A DNA stretch of 63,727 nucleotides, filler included, from Welwitschia mirabilis (GCA_051453625.1; 5 parts of one record of this genome joined end to end with filler, not necessarily neighbours in it), one strand, 5' to 3'. Shown: positions 37,030 to 52,255, counted from the first letter of the whole stretch. Made by a program: numbers and translations. Notes: generated from the letters alone by a model not told the origin.

Positions 37030-40000
37030 TGAGTTTGCTTTGTGCCAATGTAAAACTTTTTATAAAGTTTGGAACCCTAGATCTTTTGTTGTAGACACTA
37101 GTATGAAGGTAGACTTGGTACCTCCTCCTAGAGGTAGTGAGATATGTAATACTTATATAGTTGATTTTTTTAAATCTCATAATGTATCTAAACTGTTTCT
37201 GCTAATTTTTTTTCATAGTTTATTTTCCTTCGAATTGTTGATTTCTTTCGATGTCATCCTTGGCTTCTACTACTTATTAAGGAAATTCTTTTGATAATGG
37301 TATTAAAGTGATTCATGTGCATTATGTTATTAAGAGATTTATTGTTGTTAAACTTGCTAATACTAAAATGATTAGTGATATTTTAGATATCTATATGTTT
37401 CAATTAAACTTTATGACTTTGGTTACTTATGAATGGCAATATAATTTTAATGTAAGTGACCCAACTTATGCTTGAATTTCATGTTGTGTTTAATTTCCAA
37501 ACATAATACATACTCTTTAGGCTTTTGAATGTAATATTGTTCACTTGCTTGGACTTATTATTCATAAGTCAAGTACCACCTTCAATGATATTTAGAGAAC
37601 TTTCTATGTTGTGAAGGTTAATCCTATAAAATAAAAGAATACTTTGTATTTTTCATGCTAAGAATTATATTTTATACATTATTTTAATTTATTTAATTCA
37701 TTGATTATAGTTACTACAATAATCATCATATTTCAAAATATATTTTCATTGAATTTTATAACCAGAGGAATATTATCAAGCTAAAACAACATAAAGTTAT
37801 TCTAGAGGTACAATCATAGGTTATGCCAATTTATTCTTTATCAACTGTAGCAGTTTCTTAGATAGATCGTATTAAGGATCAATATAAGATTACTATAGAG
37901 GATAATTCTCTAGTATCACAAGCATTCTTATCTCCTCATGATCCTTTTATATCCATGGAAAAACATTCAATAATGCATAGTGAAGGTTTTGCTATTACAA
38001 CAAGTCAAAAAATAGCTAAGAGAACTTAGGTACATGTTGTTTCTTCATTTGTAGTTATTCAATAGATCTCTACTAGAAATGATAATTATAATAAGTTTAA
38101 ACTCTTAAATAAATGAAAGTTTGTAAATATGTTTACACTAGCTCTTATAGGGAAAGCTTACCCTCATATTACATAAGATGAATATAATTTCTTAGATTAT
38201 TTAGCACTTTATTCATATGCTGTAGTATAAGTGCACTAGATAGTTCTACTTTAGGATTTCTCTCACTTTAGAAATTTTTTTTAAATTATTTAAAAAGATA
38301 AGGTTTTTGTTATAAATTTATAATTTTTATTTCATGGACTATTTTATGACTCCAAAATCTTTACTACACAACATAGTAAGGGATGAGGTGGGGCTATGAT
38401 TTTGGTTTATTGCTAGCTGCCATATATTCTTTATTATATCTTATATCCTTAATAAAGGTCTTGTTGAATCATTCTATTTTTTAGAACTGATATATGTGGC
38501 ATTTACTCCATTTATGCATCAAATCAAATGCAAGTAAAATACCAACTTATCTCACATGTTATTTTCATCTGTTAGTTTTTTAGAAGATATTTTAATGTAG
38601 TTGAGTTTTGTTTAGATAACCTTGATAAAGATGTTTTTCATTTATATTGTATTAAGCTAGATACTTTATTTGAAGTTATTTTCAAGGGGGTAACTAATTG
38701 ATTTGTAGTTACTATAGGATTTATTTTTTAACTATATAATTTAAGAACTAGATCACCCAATAAAAAAGAAGGACATGGATGTTTTATTAAATTATTTTCC
38801 TATCTAATATGAAATTTTTTGATTTAGATCCAAAAGGCTAATATCCTTTGTTTTAGCTTAATATAAGATGGTATAAGTGCCTTACTAGATAATAAAGTTT
38901 TAGTACATTATGGAATGTAGCTTCTAGAAATTTTAGTCACATAGGATGGATTAGTTAATGGCACCTTATGCTATGACATCCTCTCTTCTCTTACCCTAAT
39001 TAAGCACTAATTTTTTTCCTTTACTTCCCTCTTCCTTTCTTCTTTAATATTATTACTAATAGACATAGCAGAACCTAGGACCAACTTATTCCTTTATTAT
39101 AATTTCTATATTTTAAGAAAGATAAATCATATTAATATTATATATTTACCTATAATTAATTTCTAAATTATTTTGATTTACAAACAATAGCAATGTTATA
39201 AGTTTGTGTCCTTCATTTCTTCTTTTTTTTAATCACATAAAAGATATCTTGTGAATAGTTGAGGAGATGTAAACCTATTGTCAACATACATGGATAACCT
39301 TTAAGTATAATATCTAACTAATATAATAGGAGGTTGCAACTCTAATTAATGGTAATTAAACTTAATATCTAGCCATCCTCTAGATGTGAGTTGGTTCTAC
39401 TTCAGGTTTTAAACTATACAAACATGACTAGGCTCAACTTCATAGGCTTTCACTTCATCTTGATGTACTCTAAATACAGGTGATAGGTGGTATGTGAGCT
39501 AGATGCCTGCTTACAAATAACCCCCACTTCCTTGAAGCATCTCCAGATAGTGGAACATGATTCATCGAAACCAAAGGCTTGAGATATTAAATTAGTGCAA
39601 GTTTATACATAGGTAGAATATGAGAGTGATGATTAAATCCACTTTCAAAAGGGTGATATTAAAAAAAATGCAATGCAACCCACCTTGATGATGAAATCAA
39701 AGTGTGAGGATGAACATGATTAGAATTATCTTGATTTAGTTCTGTTCAATGAATACACCATACAAATGCATGTAAATAACTCTAACTAATGTGGATATTT
39801 AATAAATTATTACCTAGTTGTAATAATTATAATCATCATTTGTTTTATTTTATAGCAACAACCATAAAAACAAAGCAATCATACATGAACATTTCTGTTT
39901 TGAAGGTTATAATAATAAAAACCTAGATAAAGCAAATATTCTTTTCTTTTCTATCTAAATAAAGGAAATATTCTTTTCTTTTTTTTCAATAATAATAAAA

Positions 40001-43000
40001 ATATCTAAAATATATCAAATAAAATCTTAATAACATAATTTAAAAAACTAAAACATACCTAGAACTATGCCAATCTTAAAAACATTCTTCTATGCTCATA
40101 TGATAATTTTTATGGATTCATGTAAAGAAATAAATAAAAGAAAGTAAAGATCAAGAATAATTATTAAGATATAATTATTTATCAAATCTTTCATGTAGCT
40201 ATATTATAAGTTAATAAAAATAAATGATAAGTTAGAGACTACTTATGTTATGTAAACTACTAAGGTGAAAACTCTTACAAGCATACACATTTAAACTAAG
40301 TTAAAGAAAAAGGGTAAATGAGCTATTTATATGAATAAATACTACTTGTAGGTAATTTAACTTAAATATTCTAATAGAAACATATTTTATATACTTAATT
40401 TTTCTATAAAAGTTTGTGTAATAAGTTTTCTATAATTTAAACATTAATTATAACTATTTTGGATTCTAATGAGAAATCATAGTTAAAAATTAATAACTCA
40501 TGAATTATAAAGCAAAAAATAAATTAAGGTAGTTTTTCCAAAACTACACATAATAGGATTCTTAGAATTTAACTTAAAACTCTCTTAGAATTCTAAGAAT
40601 ATTGTTTCTAACATTATCATTTAAGTCTAAAAACTATCAAATTTTCTTAAAGTATAATTCTACTACACTACCCTAAAATGACCATAACTTTCAAAATACT
40701 TTGAGTTTTTAAATGATTCAAGACATTTTGGAAAGCTTGTTCAATTTCATACAACTTAGGTTATTCAATGTTACAAATAGTTTGATAAACAGGTACAAAA
40801 GTGTAAATTATTTCTTTACTATTTTCTGTATTTATTTTCTAACATATTTTAAAAAATAATTTTTAGAACTAATTACCCATAAAAAATTACTATTTTTACA
40901 TTTTCACATTAATCATCCTAGAATTACATAAAAATTTTTACTAATTTATACATACTAATTAATAAGATATAGTATTTGTATCCTATGCCTTTATTCTAGA
41001 AATTTAAGTTTCATCATAACAAAAATGTGATAAAGTCTTTACAACTAGTTAAACAATAACTTAAATGATTAAAATAATGGATATTCTAACTAATCATTTA
41101 TAGAAAGAAAAAGAAATTATAGAAATAAAAATAATTGTAGAAAGAATTATCGTTATAAAAAGAAAAATCAAATCAATTGAAAAAGAATCATTTACTATCA
41201 ACCTTGAGATTTTCCATGGAAGAATACTAGTCTATAGAGATTTTTAGGATTAGAGTTTGCCTCTAATAAGATGGTCCTAATGCATAATAGATAATGCATA
41301 ATAGATAAAATTAAAATATAATACTAAAACAAATATGGATACCATCTTTTGTTTTTTTTTTTATATAGTGAATCCCCCAGTCACTTAGCCATAATCATCC
41401 ACTAGTAATCCTCCATCACCAAGCATAATAGACCCTCATATCTCACTATAATGTCTTGGTGGAAGCCAATGGGAAGGAATAATATTTTATGACATAATTT
41501 CATAATATTCATAAATAATTTACTAGTAAAATATCATATCATTCTAATATAAAAAGAAATCATATGGGTAATATGAGTAAAGAGCTTACTTGGGAAGATT
41601 AATAAGACCTTGATAGTTGAAGATTGATGAAGATCCAAACTCAAGAGTTCCTTAGCTCGAAGCTCAAAATCAAGAAAATGAAAGAGAGAGAAAAATAAAG
41701 GAAAAAGAAAATTCACTTATATGAAACAAAAGAAACATATCTCCTTTTATAAGAAATGAAAAGATCTCTATGTATAAATAAATAAAGGCACATAGATCGA
41801 GATTATAAGATCACATAATTTAACATTGATAAGTGGGATGAGTAATAAGTGATATTGGAGCATAAAATGATATCATATTTATGACTTATGTACCTAACAA
41901 GGATAAGTAATCTTCTTGTTTTAATTAACAAGTTTAATTACATGCATCATTTCCTCATACGTAAGTTTAATTCATCCAAAACATGCATTAAAAGAATAAA
42001 TGCATAAATTTCAAAATTATCATGTGACACAATGAAATAAACTCTTCAATTCCAATGAATAAAGAAATGAGTATGCTATGCACAAAGTGCCCTTACACAT
42101 CTTAAGAACATAAAGTCATGATAGATTAAATCTATTCATTTATCATTCTTGGTTCTAGGTAAGAATGCATTTACTTGTTCAAATGTTCATTTATTTCAAA
42201 ATATATAAAATCTAATCAAACATATAACACAAGGAAGAAAATCTTTATTCATAAAATAATACACCTATCACATTTACTAAGAATCTAAATGAATAAATAA
42301 GATGAAAAATATATTATTATATCTTATTAAAACTTTCAATTTATTAGTTTTTTATCATGTGATTTTAATTTCTCACATAATGGAATTATTTAATTTTAAA
42401 TATTTTAATAAATTTTCTTATAAAAACATTTTCACATAATTTTTATCATTTTCATGATAAATTATGAATATTACAAACTAAGGTTAAGTTAAAATGATAT
42501 TTTATTTTGATAAGGAATTTAAATAAGGATAATTAATCATTTGACTAAAAGCTTAGTATACTTAATAATTCAGTAAATAAGTTTTATAAAATATGGGATA
42601 TGACATATGCAGGTTTATAATTATGATAACTATATGAAAAAAACAAGAAGCTTCATAAGCTAGATCTTCATTATAATTTATTATATAGAAAATTTCAATT
42701 AATCAACTTCCTTAGGAAACACTTGCTAAAATTAGGATAATGAAACAAAAGTGAGAGGTTTATTAGATAGAGAATACCCTTATAAAAAGTACTATTTAGT
42801 GGTTATAAACTTAAGATGATGATTCTAAAGATTTTTTTAAGTTTTAAAATCATTCAAATAGCAGGCTTCAATTAGTGCTTTAAAGGTTAATTATCAAATC
42901 CTTTATAATCATAATAACATTCTTATTTTTGTAAAGGATTATTTTCACATTATATTTCATGTGACATCTATCAATCATGAAGAATCTGATTATATCTCTT

Positions 43001-45683
43001 AATTTTTTTCTCTAGTAGAGTTTTATAAAGAAAATAGTGATTTATTAGATTATGATTATCTCAATGTCATTAAGGAAGCCATTCACTATAGATTAGTTAG
43101 TCAAGATGTGCTTCATTTGTTACTTAAATTAGGTGATCATATTCTTATAAGTCATATTCTTATAAATAACTAATATCCTATTACATTATTAAATTTTACT
43201 TATAAGATTTAGGCCAAGTAGTTATCTTATTGGCTTAAAGGAGTTCTACATAATAGTATCACTAATTAGTAGACATGCTTTATTTTTGATAGGTATGTTC
43301 TTTTAAATATTATGGTAGCATGAAAATATTATTAATAAGATATTAATTTTAACTAGGATATCATCTTTATTAATCTTGATTATGCTAAAGCATGTGATAA
43401 AGTTAAATAAAATTTTATTCTTCTTGTTATAATAAATCAGGTTTTGAGATATAATTTCTTTATAGGATGAGATTTTCATTTAAATATGCAAATGCTTATA
43501 TTGCTACTTCCCAAGAGATAAGTTCTACATTTTCTATTTATCATTTGATTAAGAAAGATTGTCTTATAGCTCTATACCTTTTCATAATTATAGCTGAATT
43601 CCTTTATTATACTATTCAACATGATATGTAGTAAGTTTTAGTGAGGAAAATTTCTTTGGGTTATGCTTCTTACTAGTTATTGCATTTACATTTTGGTAAT
43701 GATTCTTTCATCATGATGGCAAATACCCAATAATATGTGAATTGGATTTTTAGTTATATTCAATAGTATTATCAATTATTAAAAGATGATATAAACTAAT
43801 AAAAGTCTTTAGTTAATGTGAGAAGTGGAGATTATTAACATCTTCTATATTATGCATGGCACATTTTACAATTAGAAGACATTATCAAACTTGTAAGAAT
43901 TTTTTCTTGATTTAAAAGTCATCCTTAAAAGTTATTAAATTAAAAATTTTAAAAAGTTAAATAAAAATGGGTAAGTGGAGAATAAAATATTTTTCTCTTA
44001 GAGGTTAATATTTGATTCATAATCTATCATTATTTTTACTCATGTTTATTATTTCTACTTTTGAGATAATTCGAAATTTTCTTAGTTAAAGCTATAACAA
44101 CTTCTTATAATTCTTATGTGATATCATGTAGGATAGAAAAAAGGGTATCATAGAGTTCTTGCAATACTATTAGTTTTCCTAAGGAAAAACGATATCTAGG
44201 ATTTACTAATTTATATTATTAAGGTACTAGATTGGATTTCAAATGGGTAATATGATGTTTTACTAGTACTTATATGATTTCTAATTTACTTTTTATGAGA
44301 TTTAGAAATTAGTTGCAAAAGAATCCTAGGATATGGTAAAAAATCCATGATCTAAATTATTATTTAACTTCCTTAGAGATAAAAATTTAGGTACTTGTAT
44401 TTTTAAAATTATTTAGAAGACTTATCAAATTCTTAATTTTTTTTATTTCTTAAAATCATCTAAACATTCTAGATAAGTTACTTCAGCATATTATCCGATG
44501 ATAATTTTTAATTTCCCTCATTCCTTTAAAAATTGTAAATTTTAGATGAGCTAATTAATGGTTTAATTATGGAGTAACTTTCATATAAATATTACATCGA
44601 TAAAAGAATTGGATGATTTTGATTAATTTTTTGTTAGCTTATCGGGGTATTATACTATCCTACAATAATCTTTTATTAAGCTTCATCACTTTTTGCATGA
44701 TGCATGTCAAATCTCCTATGATCATTTTCTAGATGTAGAATAATTCTGCTTCAAATAGCACTTACATGTAATTCAATTCTCTTTAGCTAAAGATTATTAT
44801 TTACTATTAATCGATATTCATGTTAGCTCTATTTATAACTAAATATGATATGTTTAGAAATTGTCTCATTAGTGGGTCTCTTCTTTAAATAAATTGGAAA
44901 GCTTCTAGCCCTTTCAAAGGCTAAAAACCTTTATTGATATCTCTATTGGTATTTTTTGTGTTATTTAAGGGTGTTAAACCTATTTTATTTAGTGTGTGCT
45001 TAGGAGGATGATTTCTTTCATATCTTTATTCACTACCCAGTTACCAAGGATGCATGGAATTAGGTATCCTATGCCATTTCATATATTTCTATTAGCTTAA
45101 TTAGGATAAGTCCTAATTTAATTCATTTTAATGATTTTCTTTACTATGTCATGAAGCCATATATTCTTTACTTTATTTGGAAATGCAATCATGACTTGCA
45201 TTTTAGGAGACATAACTTATTTATAACTTTTTCTTTAATATGTAGAAGAAAATCATATTTTATGTCTTATTTGATTTCAGATTTGTACTCATGTAGAAAG
45301 GATAAAGGTTTACTACATCTTGCAACTTCTCTAGATTTTATTTTGCAATCTTTAAGTAGGAGTTACTCCTTCATTCTTCTTTGAGCCACATGAATTGGAG
45401 GAATGATAACTCTTCTATGTCTTTAGAGATAAAAGATCAAAAATAATCCCTTTCTAGAAAATTATTACTTTAATTTTTTTCTAAGTTAGTTCTTGTAATT
45501 TGCATTGATCTTATTTGTAATTATTTTTTCCTTCTAACTCATTTCATCTAGAACTTTTTTAATGGCTTATGCTTAACATGTTTTATTTGCATACATTTTT
45601 ACTATCTAATATAATCTATTTTAACCTATTTTTAAGATTTGACACTCTCCAATTAAGTGATTATTTTATGGTGTTAAAAAAAG
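37030..45683 (+). mobile_element. Degenerate L1-clade LINE (ORF1 + ORF2), split by a solo LTR
   Basis: ORF1 DUF4283-like EWQYNFNVSDPTYA*ISCCV*FPNI at about 37430-37505. Endonuclease GDFN-like remnant at about 38585. RT N*YPITLLNFTYKI*AK, LDYAKACDKVK* and RKDCLIALYLF at 43165-43585. zf-RVT-like region near 45000 and YFIWKCN. Short A-tail near 45676. The 5' end is approximate. Confidence 0.85.
38972..42605. mobile_element. Probable solo LTR (~3.6 kb, large-LTR gypsy type) with perfect 5-bp TSD
   Basis: Termini TATGACATCC...GGATATGACA form an imperfect inverted repeat with TG decayed to TA. TATGC flanks both sides (38967-38971 and 42606-42610). LINE ORF2 resumes afterwards. No coding domain recognised inside. 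Confidence 0.8.
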
Positions 45684-46633
45684 TAAAATCCATATAATTA
45701 ATATAAAAATATTTTAAAAACTTTAATGAAAAAAACATACAAAAATGGTCAAAGTCATGTGCTATTAAAATAAGATAATAAGGCTTTGAAAAACATGGGT
45801 AAAAATAGAAGGGAAAATTATATAAGAAAGAAAGTTAAAAAAAAAATAATTTTTGAGAATGATAAGATATGATAAGAATATTATTTATAAGGTTTTTTAA
45901 CATTTTTAAAATTCCATTTAATAAGTTCCAACATTTTCAAGATATAAAGTTAAAATACAAGACACAAGAAATTGATATTTTTAGAAAAGATATAATATTT
46001 TCAAACTTTTATAAATAGTGAAAGTTTTAGGGCCTAAGAATCTATTCTTTTTAAAGCTTATAGATATTTCTCATTCCCACTTATGTAGACATCAAAAAGA
46101 TAAATTTCGAAGATAGGAAATAATGAAAGAATATTTTGTAGAAGGGTTACTTATAACAGTATGTTAAATAATATTTACATTATTTAGAAAGTAGGATTAT
46201 TATGGTGAAAAAGATATGATCTATCACATGCGTAAATCATAATGTTTAGAGGTATCTAATTAGTTACTTAATAAATGTAACTTATTTAATAGACTAAACA
46301 TTTATCATGATTGAAATAAGTTTATAGGAATAACCATGTATTAATTATAAATCATCAATTGAGAAAGCAGTTATAACTACATATCTAGGGGATATGACTC
46401 TTGTAGAAAAGTCATGAATATAACTTACAATCCTTGGTTAGTGTTAAAATAATGATGTAATTAGGGAATAGGATAAAGCAAATGAGTTCTAATCCTTAAT
46501 AAAGAAGTCATATAGGGAATATGTTAAAGGTAAACCCTCTGAGCTTATTCATTAAGCTAGAACACTGTCCTTGATATTGGTAGTTTGTGATTAGAAATAG
46601 CTTTTTTTTCCAAAAATTAATAAATATAAGTTT

Positions 46634-47870
46634 TATTAGGATAAGCTATCCTAGAGGGAAGTTGAAATAGGATAGCTAAGGTAATTTTTTCAATTTAAAA
46701 TATTAATACTAAGTTTGCACAAAATACTCTATCATCTAATTAAATAATAACTATATGTAATTTAACTTCAGATGATAATTTAAGAAATTAGCAATGCATG
46801 AATAATTCACAATAAGATAATTAACTAGATAATAAAAATAAAAGGAAAAAGATATTAAAAAAGCATATTTTCCTTTATTGAGAGTGCAAAAACAAGCTTG
46901 TTTTTATGTATTGAGAGTGAAACCTCCAACTACATATCCAACAAGACTTTATGAATGTTCTCTAGCAATACAATTAAAATTTTTTGTTAATCCTCAACCT
47001 CAATAACAAACCAATTTCCTTTTTATTACCATACTTTACTATGTAAAGAGGTATGAAAGAATTGGAGTACAACTAATAGATATCAAGATGTAAGTTAAAG
47101 TACAATATAAAAGTGACAAAAGGTTTGAATCATTCCAATAGCTAAATTATTTATACAAGAATGTTTATAGCTATTGTAGGTTACATAGATAAAATATATG
47201 ATTATTGAAGCCTTGGAAATATCTAGTTAATTTCCCAATATGAAGTTTTAATAATTGTCAATTATTCATAATGTCTATTTTTCCATTAATCATTAGAATG
47301 ATAGTTGATCCATCTGAGGTGATGGTCCACTTATTTCTTTATTTTCATCTTTTAAGTAACTAATGTAAGTTAGGTAATCAACTAGCTAACTAAAGTCAGT
47401 TGACTATCTTAATTATAGTGAATTTCTATATACCTAATAATCAACAATTATGAAGTATCAGTTGATCCTCTAGTAGTTGACCCTCTTAAGCCTACTAGTT
47501 GATTGCTTGATGATTTTGGTTGTTTTTGTTTAGAAGTATATGATTAAAACCTTAGAGAATGTTGGTTAATCACTAAAGAAATTTCTCCTCGTTTATGTTT
47601 CTTTACATGCTAGATTCTCTTATCTTTTAATGTCACTTCTGAGTGCTCAGTTATCATCTGTTGTATCCTCTAGTTTTTGCTGTAAGGCATCGAGTTTAGC
47701 CTATAAACAACTTTATTTCATTAGCAACTTTGAATACCATTTGGTTCATCATCAATAGATAACTAGGGGGTGAAAAAATCTCTCTCTTTATCACTATTGA
47801 TAATCAAATGCAAACTTATTAAGTTTATTTAGGTTGATGCTCCTCCTAAGTAAGTGCTACTCCTAAGTAT
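46634..47870 (-). mobile_element. Sirevirus-like 3' LTR (46634-47777) with upstream multiple PPTs
   Basis: On the minus strand, a PPT-like AAAGAGAGAGAT precedes the LTR and further purine tracts lie at about 47840-47870. Repeated AGTTGAC/TCAACT motifs occur at 47300-47505. CTATTTCAACTTCCCTCTAGG sits 16 nt before the end, the same spacing as in the LTR ending at 33964. Confidence 0.65.
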
Positions 47871-48055
47871 ATGCTTCATACATAATGAAATAAGTTGTCA
47901 GACTAGAATTTGAAAAGCACAAGGCATAATGAAATCTAGAAAACATGAAATATTACTTAGGTGGTGTGCTAACACTATCATGAATGATATATTATATCAA
48001 ATTCTATTTTATTCTAAAGTAATATATGTGTCATCATAAATAAAATAACCACTAT

Positions 48056-48061
<6 letters not shown>

Positions 48062-48130
<69 letters not shown>
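48062..48130. repeat. (TG)n microsatellite, truncated by a gap
   Basis: At least 34 perfect TG units. Confidence 0.97.
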
Positions 48131-48230
48131 NNNNNNNNNNNNNNNNNNNNNNNNNNNNNNNNNNNNNNNNNNNNTTAATTAATTAANNNNNNNNNNNNNN
48201 NNNNNNNNNNNNNNNNNNNNNNNNNNNNNN

Positions 48231-48319
48231 CTATACTAGCATGTTGTATTTTGCATCTCATTATATTTAACAGGATTGAAATTGAAACGTGAACTATTGC
48301 AAAAATACACACCGCAACA
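48231..48319 (+). mobile_element. 3' end of an Athila-like LTR
   Basis: ...GGATTGAAATTGAAACGTGAACTATTGCAAAAATACACACCGCAACA matches the reverse complement of 18739-18800. Confidence 0.85.
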
Positions 48320-49765
48320 ATGATCCCTAGCAATCTTTCATTCACAAGTTTCAATCATTAGTTAATATCTTATTAGTTAATTGCATACATCATTAAAGAC
48401 TAGTTTTATCATTAATATATAGTAACCTCCTTGATTATCCTTTGTGAAGAAACCAAGATAATTCATAACTGTCATTAAGTGCATTTTAAACTTGTCACTC
48501 TTTTAGTAAAGTACTTCATGTTATTGTATTTTGTTGTATCTTATATTTCTTTCTGGTACAAAGTATAATGAAGTCTTTAGTAAAGTTTTTATTCTCCACA
48601 CATGCCTTAATGGGAATACTACAAGTAATAGATGAAGGTGTGAATTTGAGAAACTTAATTCTTAGATTTATATTCAAATAAAATGTACATTTTTAAATTT
48701 CTTTAAAATTCTCTTAGAAAAGTTTCTTTTTCTATTTGTTCTAATTCCTTAACAGGTTGCCTCATAGTTTTAATAAATTTTGGAAATTTAACATTTTTTT
48801 GATATGAAAGCTACTCATACAAAATCCATATTTTTTTTGTCTTCATAATAAATATACTTTTACTATCTTCAGCAAGTGTTATAATACTCTCTTTTTCAAA
48901 GATGTTATATAATGAAATATGAGGTATATAAGTTCTAATTTCTATTTAAAATATAAGATTTGTTTTATAGATTTTATTATGATTATTAATTTTAAAGAAC
49001 AAAAATTTAATGAGAGGATTGATTAATTATTTCATTACAGAGTCTCACAAGTGTTATAGATTAAAGAGATAAATAAATTTAATGTAATACTAAGGCTAAT
49101 TCAACTTAAAAAATAATTAATGGCTTTGGCTACTAGTTGGAAAGTTATTTTTTATTAATGCTCATTACTTGATTTATGTACTAAAGAGATAATTAGGATC
49201 TAATAACTAATTCAAAACTATGGTTTTGGATTGGATACTTGATCCTATTTGATTAATGTAAGATAAAATGTAGAAAAGATTGCTTAAAGATAAACTAAAT
49301 TAATTTAAAAGTTTTAAGTATAAGTCTTATAAAATACAATGATCAATTCAATTGCTTGAGATGCTTACTTGATGAATTAAGATAAATTAAATATACTTTA
49401 ATTTTCTTAAATATACTTCATTGTAATCATAGTAGTAGTATTTCCAAAAGGTTGACTAGATATATTGGATATTATAAGAGCTCAAATTTTAATATTAAAG
49501 CCTATATATAAAGTCAGTTTTCTATCATAGTTGTAAAATGTTCATGTAAAAATCCAAGCTTTTCCTTAGCATGTGTACTAAACATATGTTTGGGTCCTAG
49601 AACTCATTCATTTTTTTGTAACTAAATAGTACTCTCATCTTATTTCAAAACCATTATAAAACATGTTCTAGAATGATTTAGCTTTATTTGATTTTTTTAA
49701 TTTACTTTTATTTTTTATATATAAAATACTTTATTTGGATTACTTAAATACCCAAAAGAACATAT

Positions 49766-50386
49766 TTAATTCAATATTAAAAAATCATGAAAACATTTCA
49801 ACAAATTTAGGTTTTCAATAAAGGAAATTACATATAGATTTATCATTTTGAAAATAATTTGTATAATAGAAGACAATAATTACTTTACTTTCTATATAAA
49901 TTACTAACTAGCAATTTATTTCAATAAAAATAACTTATTAAATACTTTAATAGATAAGAATGAATTAATTTAAATGTCAAGAGATGTAACCCTCAGTTCA
50001 CTAATCCTTTTGAAGAGATTTTAGATTTCTTAATAAGGCTCTAAATGAAGTTTAATGATGAAAACTCAAGGCATATCTAATTCATTATTAAAAATTCATA
50101 AAAACTTTTTAGCAAATTTAGGTTTTTAATAAAGAAAATTACATATGGATTTATCATTTTTAAAATAATTTATATAATAGAATATAATAATAACTTTACT
50201 TCCTATGTAAATTACTAACTAGTAATTTATTTCAACAAAACTAAGTTATTCAATACTTTAATAGATAAGAATGAAATAATTTAAATATCAAGAGATGTAA
50301 CCTCAGTTTACTACTCTTATTGAAGAGATTTTAGATTTCTTAATAAGGCTCTAAATGAAGTTTAATGATCAAAAATCAAGGCTTAT
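49766..50386. repeat. ~311-bp two-copy tandem repeat
   Basis: CAAATTTAGGTTTT at 49802 and 50113. TGAAGAGATTTTAGATTTCTTAATAAGGCTCTAAATGAAGTTTAATGAT is identical in both copies. Confidence 0.92.
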
Positions 50387-52255
50387 AGTATTTCTTAATG
50401 TTAATATTCCATGATAACTAATGTGTACCATAAAATATCTAGATTATGAGAAATTTTAAAAATTTAGCCTCTAACTCAACAACATATGAACCATGAATGA
50501 AGGAATGAATATGAAGGAATTATAAGGGTATGTCTTTATAGTTCATATTTTTCCCCACTTTTTTCTAATCCTTTTTAGTAAAGGCTTAAGATGGACTAGA
50601 CATGGTTGATAAACTCATTGGTAACTATTCATACCTTAGATAACACTTGGAGCATGCTTATTCCTTTGTAATCTTTATTTTGTTTATCTATTAGCAGTGT
50701 TTAGAAACAGTTAAAGTACATTAAGGGAAGTGCAATTACTATTGAAAGAGTAAGCACCTACATGTCTAAGACTAGATCATGGATAAATAATCCTTTAGTG
50801 GAGTCTTCACAGCTATTATCTTATATTGACTAAGGCTTTTCCCAGGAATATTTACCTTGGTGTTCTTGTGTTAATAAAACATACTCATGAAAAACTATAA
50901 ATACTAGTGATACATGGTGCATAAATATTAAATTTAGATCAAAACATTTATTTGATATAAAAATAATTTCTCATAACTCATCATTTGATGTTATCCACTA
51001 GTTAAATAGTTAGTAAATAATAAATATGAACTAAATTATTTTAAAAATCATTTAGAAACTTACATTTTTTAAGTAATAATTTTCTTTTATATCACAATTT
51101 TAGTTTGAATATAATACGATCCTTAATATCTTTCAAATTGCATTCCTATAAGGACTAATATAATCTAAACTATACTTAAGCTATTACAAACTATAACTAT
51201 TAAATTAGTATAAACATGATCTAGAAATTACCAAATGGATTATGTAAAGTAAAGTAATAAATATCAAATACTTAAAATATATAAGATAAATCTCAACATT
51301 AAAACAGTCATAACATTGAATCAGAATATGGCTATGATGTTTATTTTATTTTTATCTAAGGTCTCTTTATTTACATACACATTTTGAAATACATTAAGAT
51401 AAATTTCTATGTCTTTTCTCATATTTTCTTTTTCTAATTTTTCATTAATAGATATTATTTAGTTTTTCCTTAGATAAGCATATCTTATTTATTTATATGT
51501 TCTTTTTTTCTAAAATAAGGATTCTATTTTAATTTTACCTTTCATCAAAAAACTTACTTTAATTATATGTTTTAATTTTAAAATAAGACTCATCACCATT
51601 CTTCTAGATCTTTACTATTTTACTTTTATGATCATTACATGACTCTATATCCTACTTCCCACAAAATCAAAATAAAAATATGATCTAAGGAATAATTTAT
51701 ATATCATGGATTTTACCATATTAGAATTATATATTTTAAAATTTTTATTCATCTTTATGCATAAATAATTTTAGAAAATTTTTAAATGGTTCCAACTATT
51801 TTTCAAGATTACTCTTTTTAGTTTTCTTTTCTACCAATGTTTTAATGGATACTTATAAAACCCTTTTATTATCATTTTCAACTCATTATTTTCAAAAGTA
51901 GAGAGTAAAATTTTTGTTGGAATGAGACTTCTAAAAGTATTTGTAAACCTTTTCTTTAGCATTTGATTCACATTTTCCATTCTCATTATCTACTTGTTCA
52001 ACATTCTTTAATATAGATTATGAATTTACAGTTTGTTAATTATCAAATAGCTCTTCAAATATATTTAATTCAAATGGATATTCTTCATATTATTTTGTAG
52101 TATTTTCCATTTGTAGGTAAAGTTCCTTGTGTTTTATTTATTAATGGAAACTTGTAAATGACAACCATTAGACACTTTTATTACTGAATTGTATGCATCA
52201 TCATCATCATTAATATCATTCNNNNNNNNNNATTTTTTCTTTAATATCTATCATT

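Noticed and set aside
7596..48186. Four identical TTAATTAATTAA palindromes
   Set aside because: Each is centred in a 100-nt N gap. It is an artificial six-frame-stop linker, not biology.
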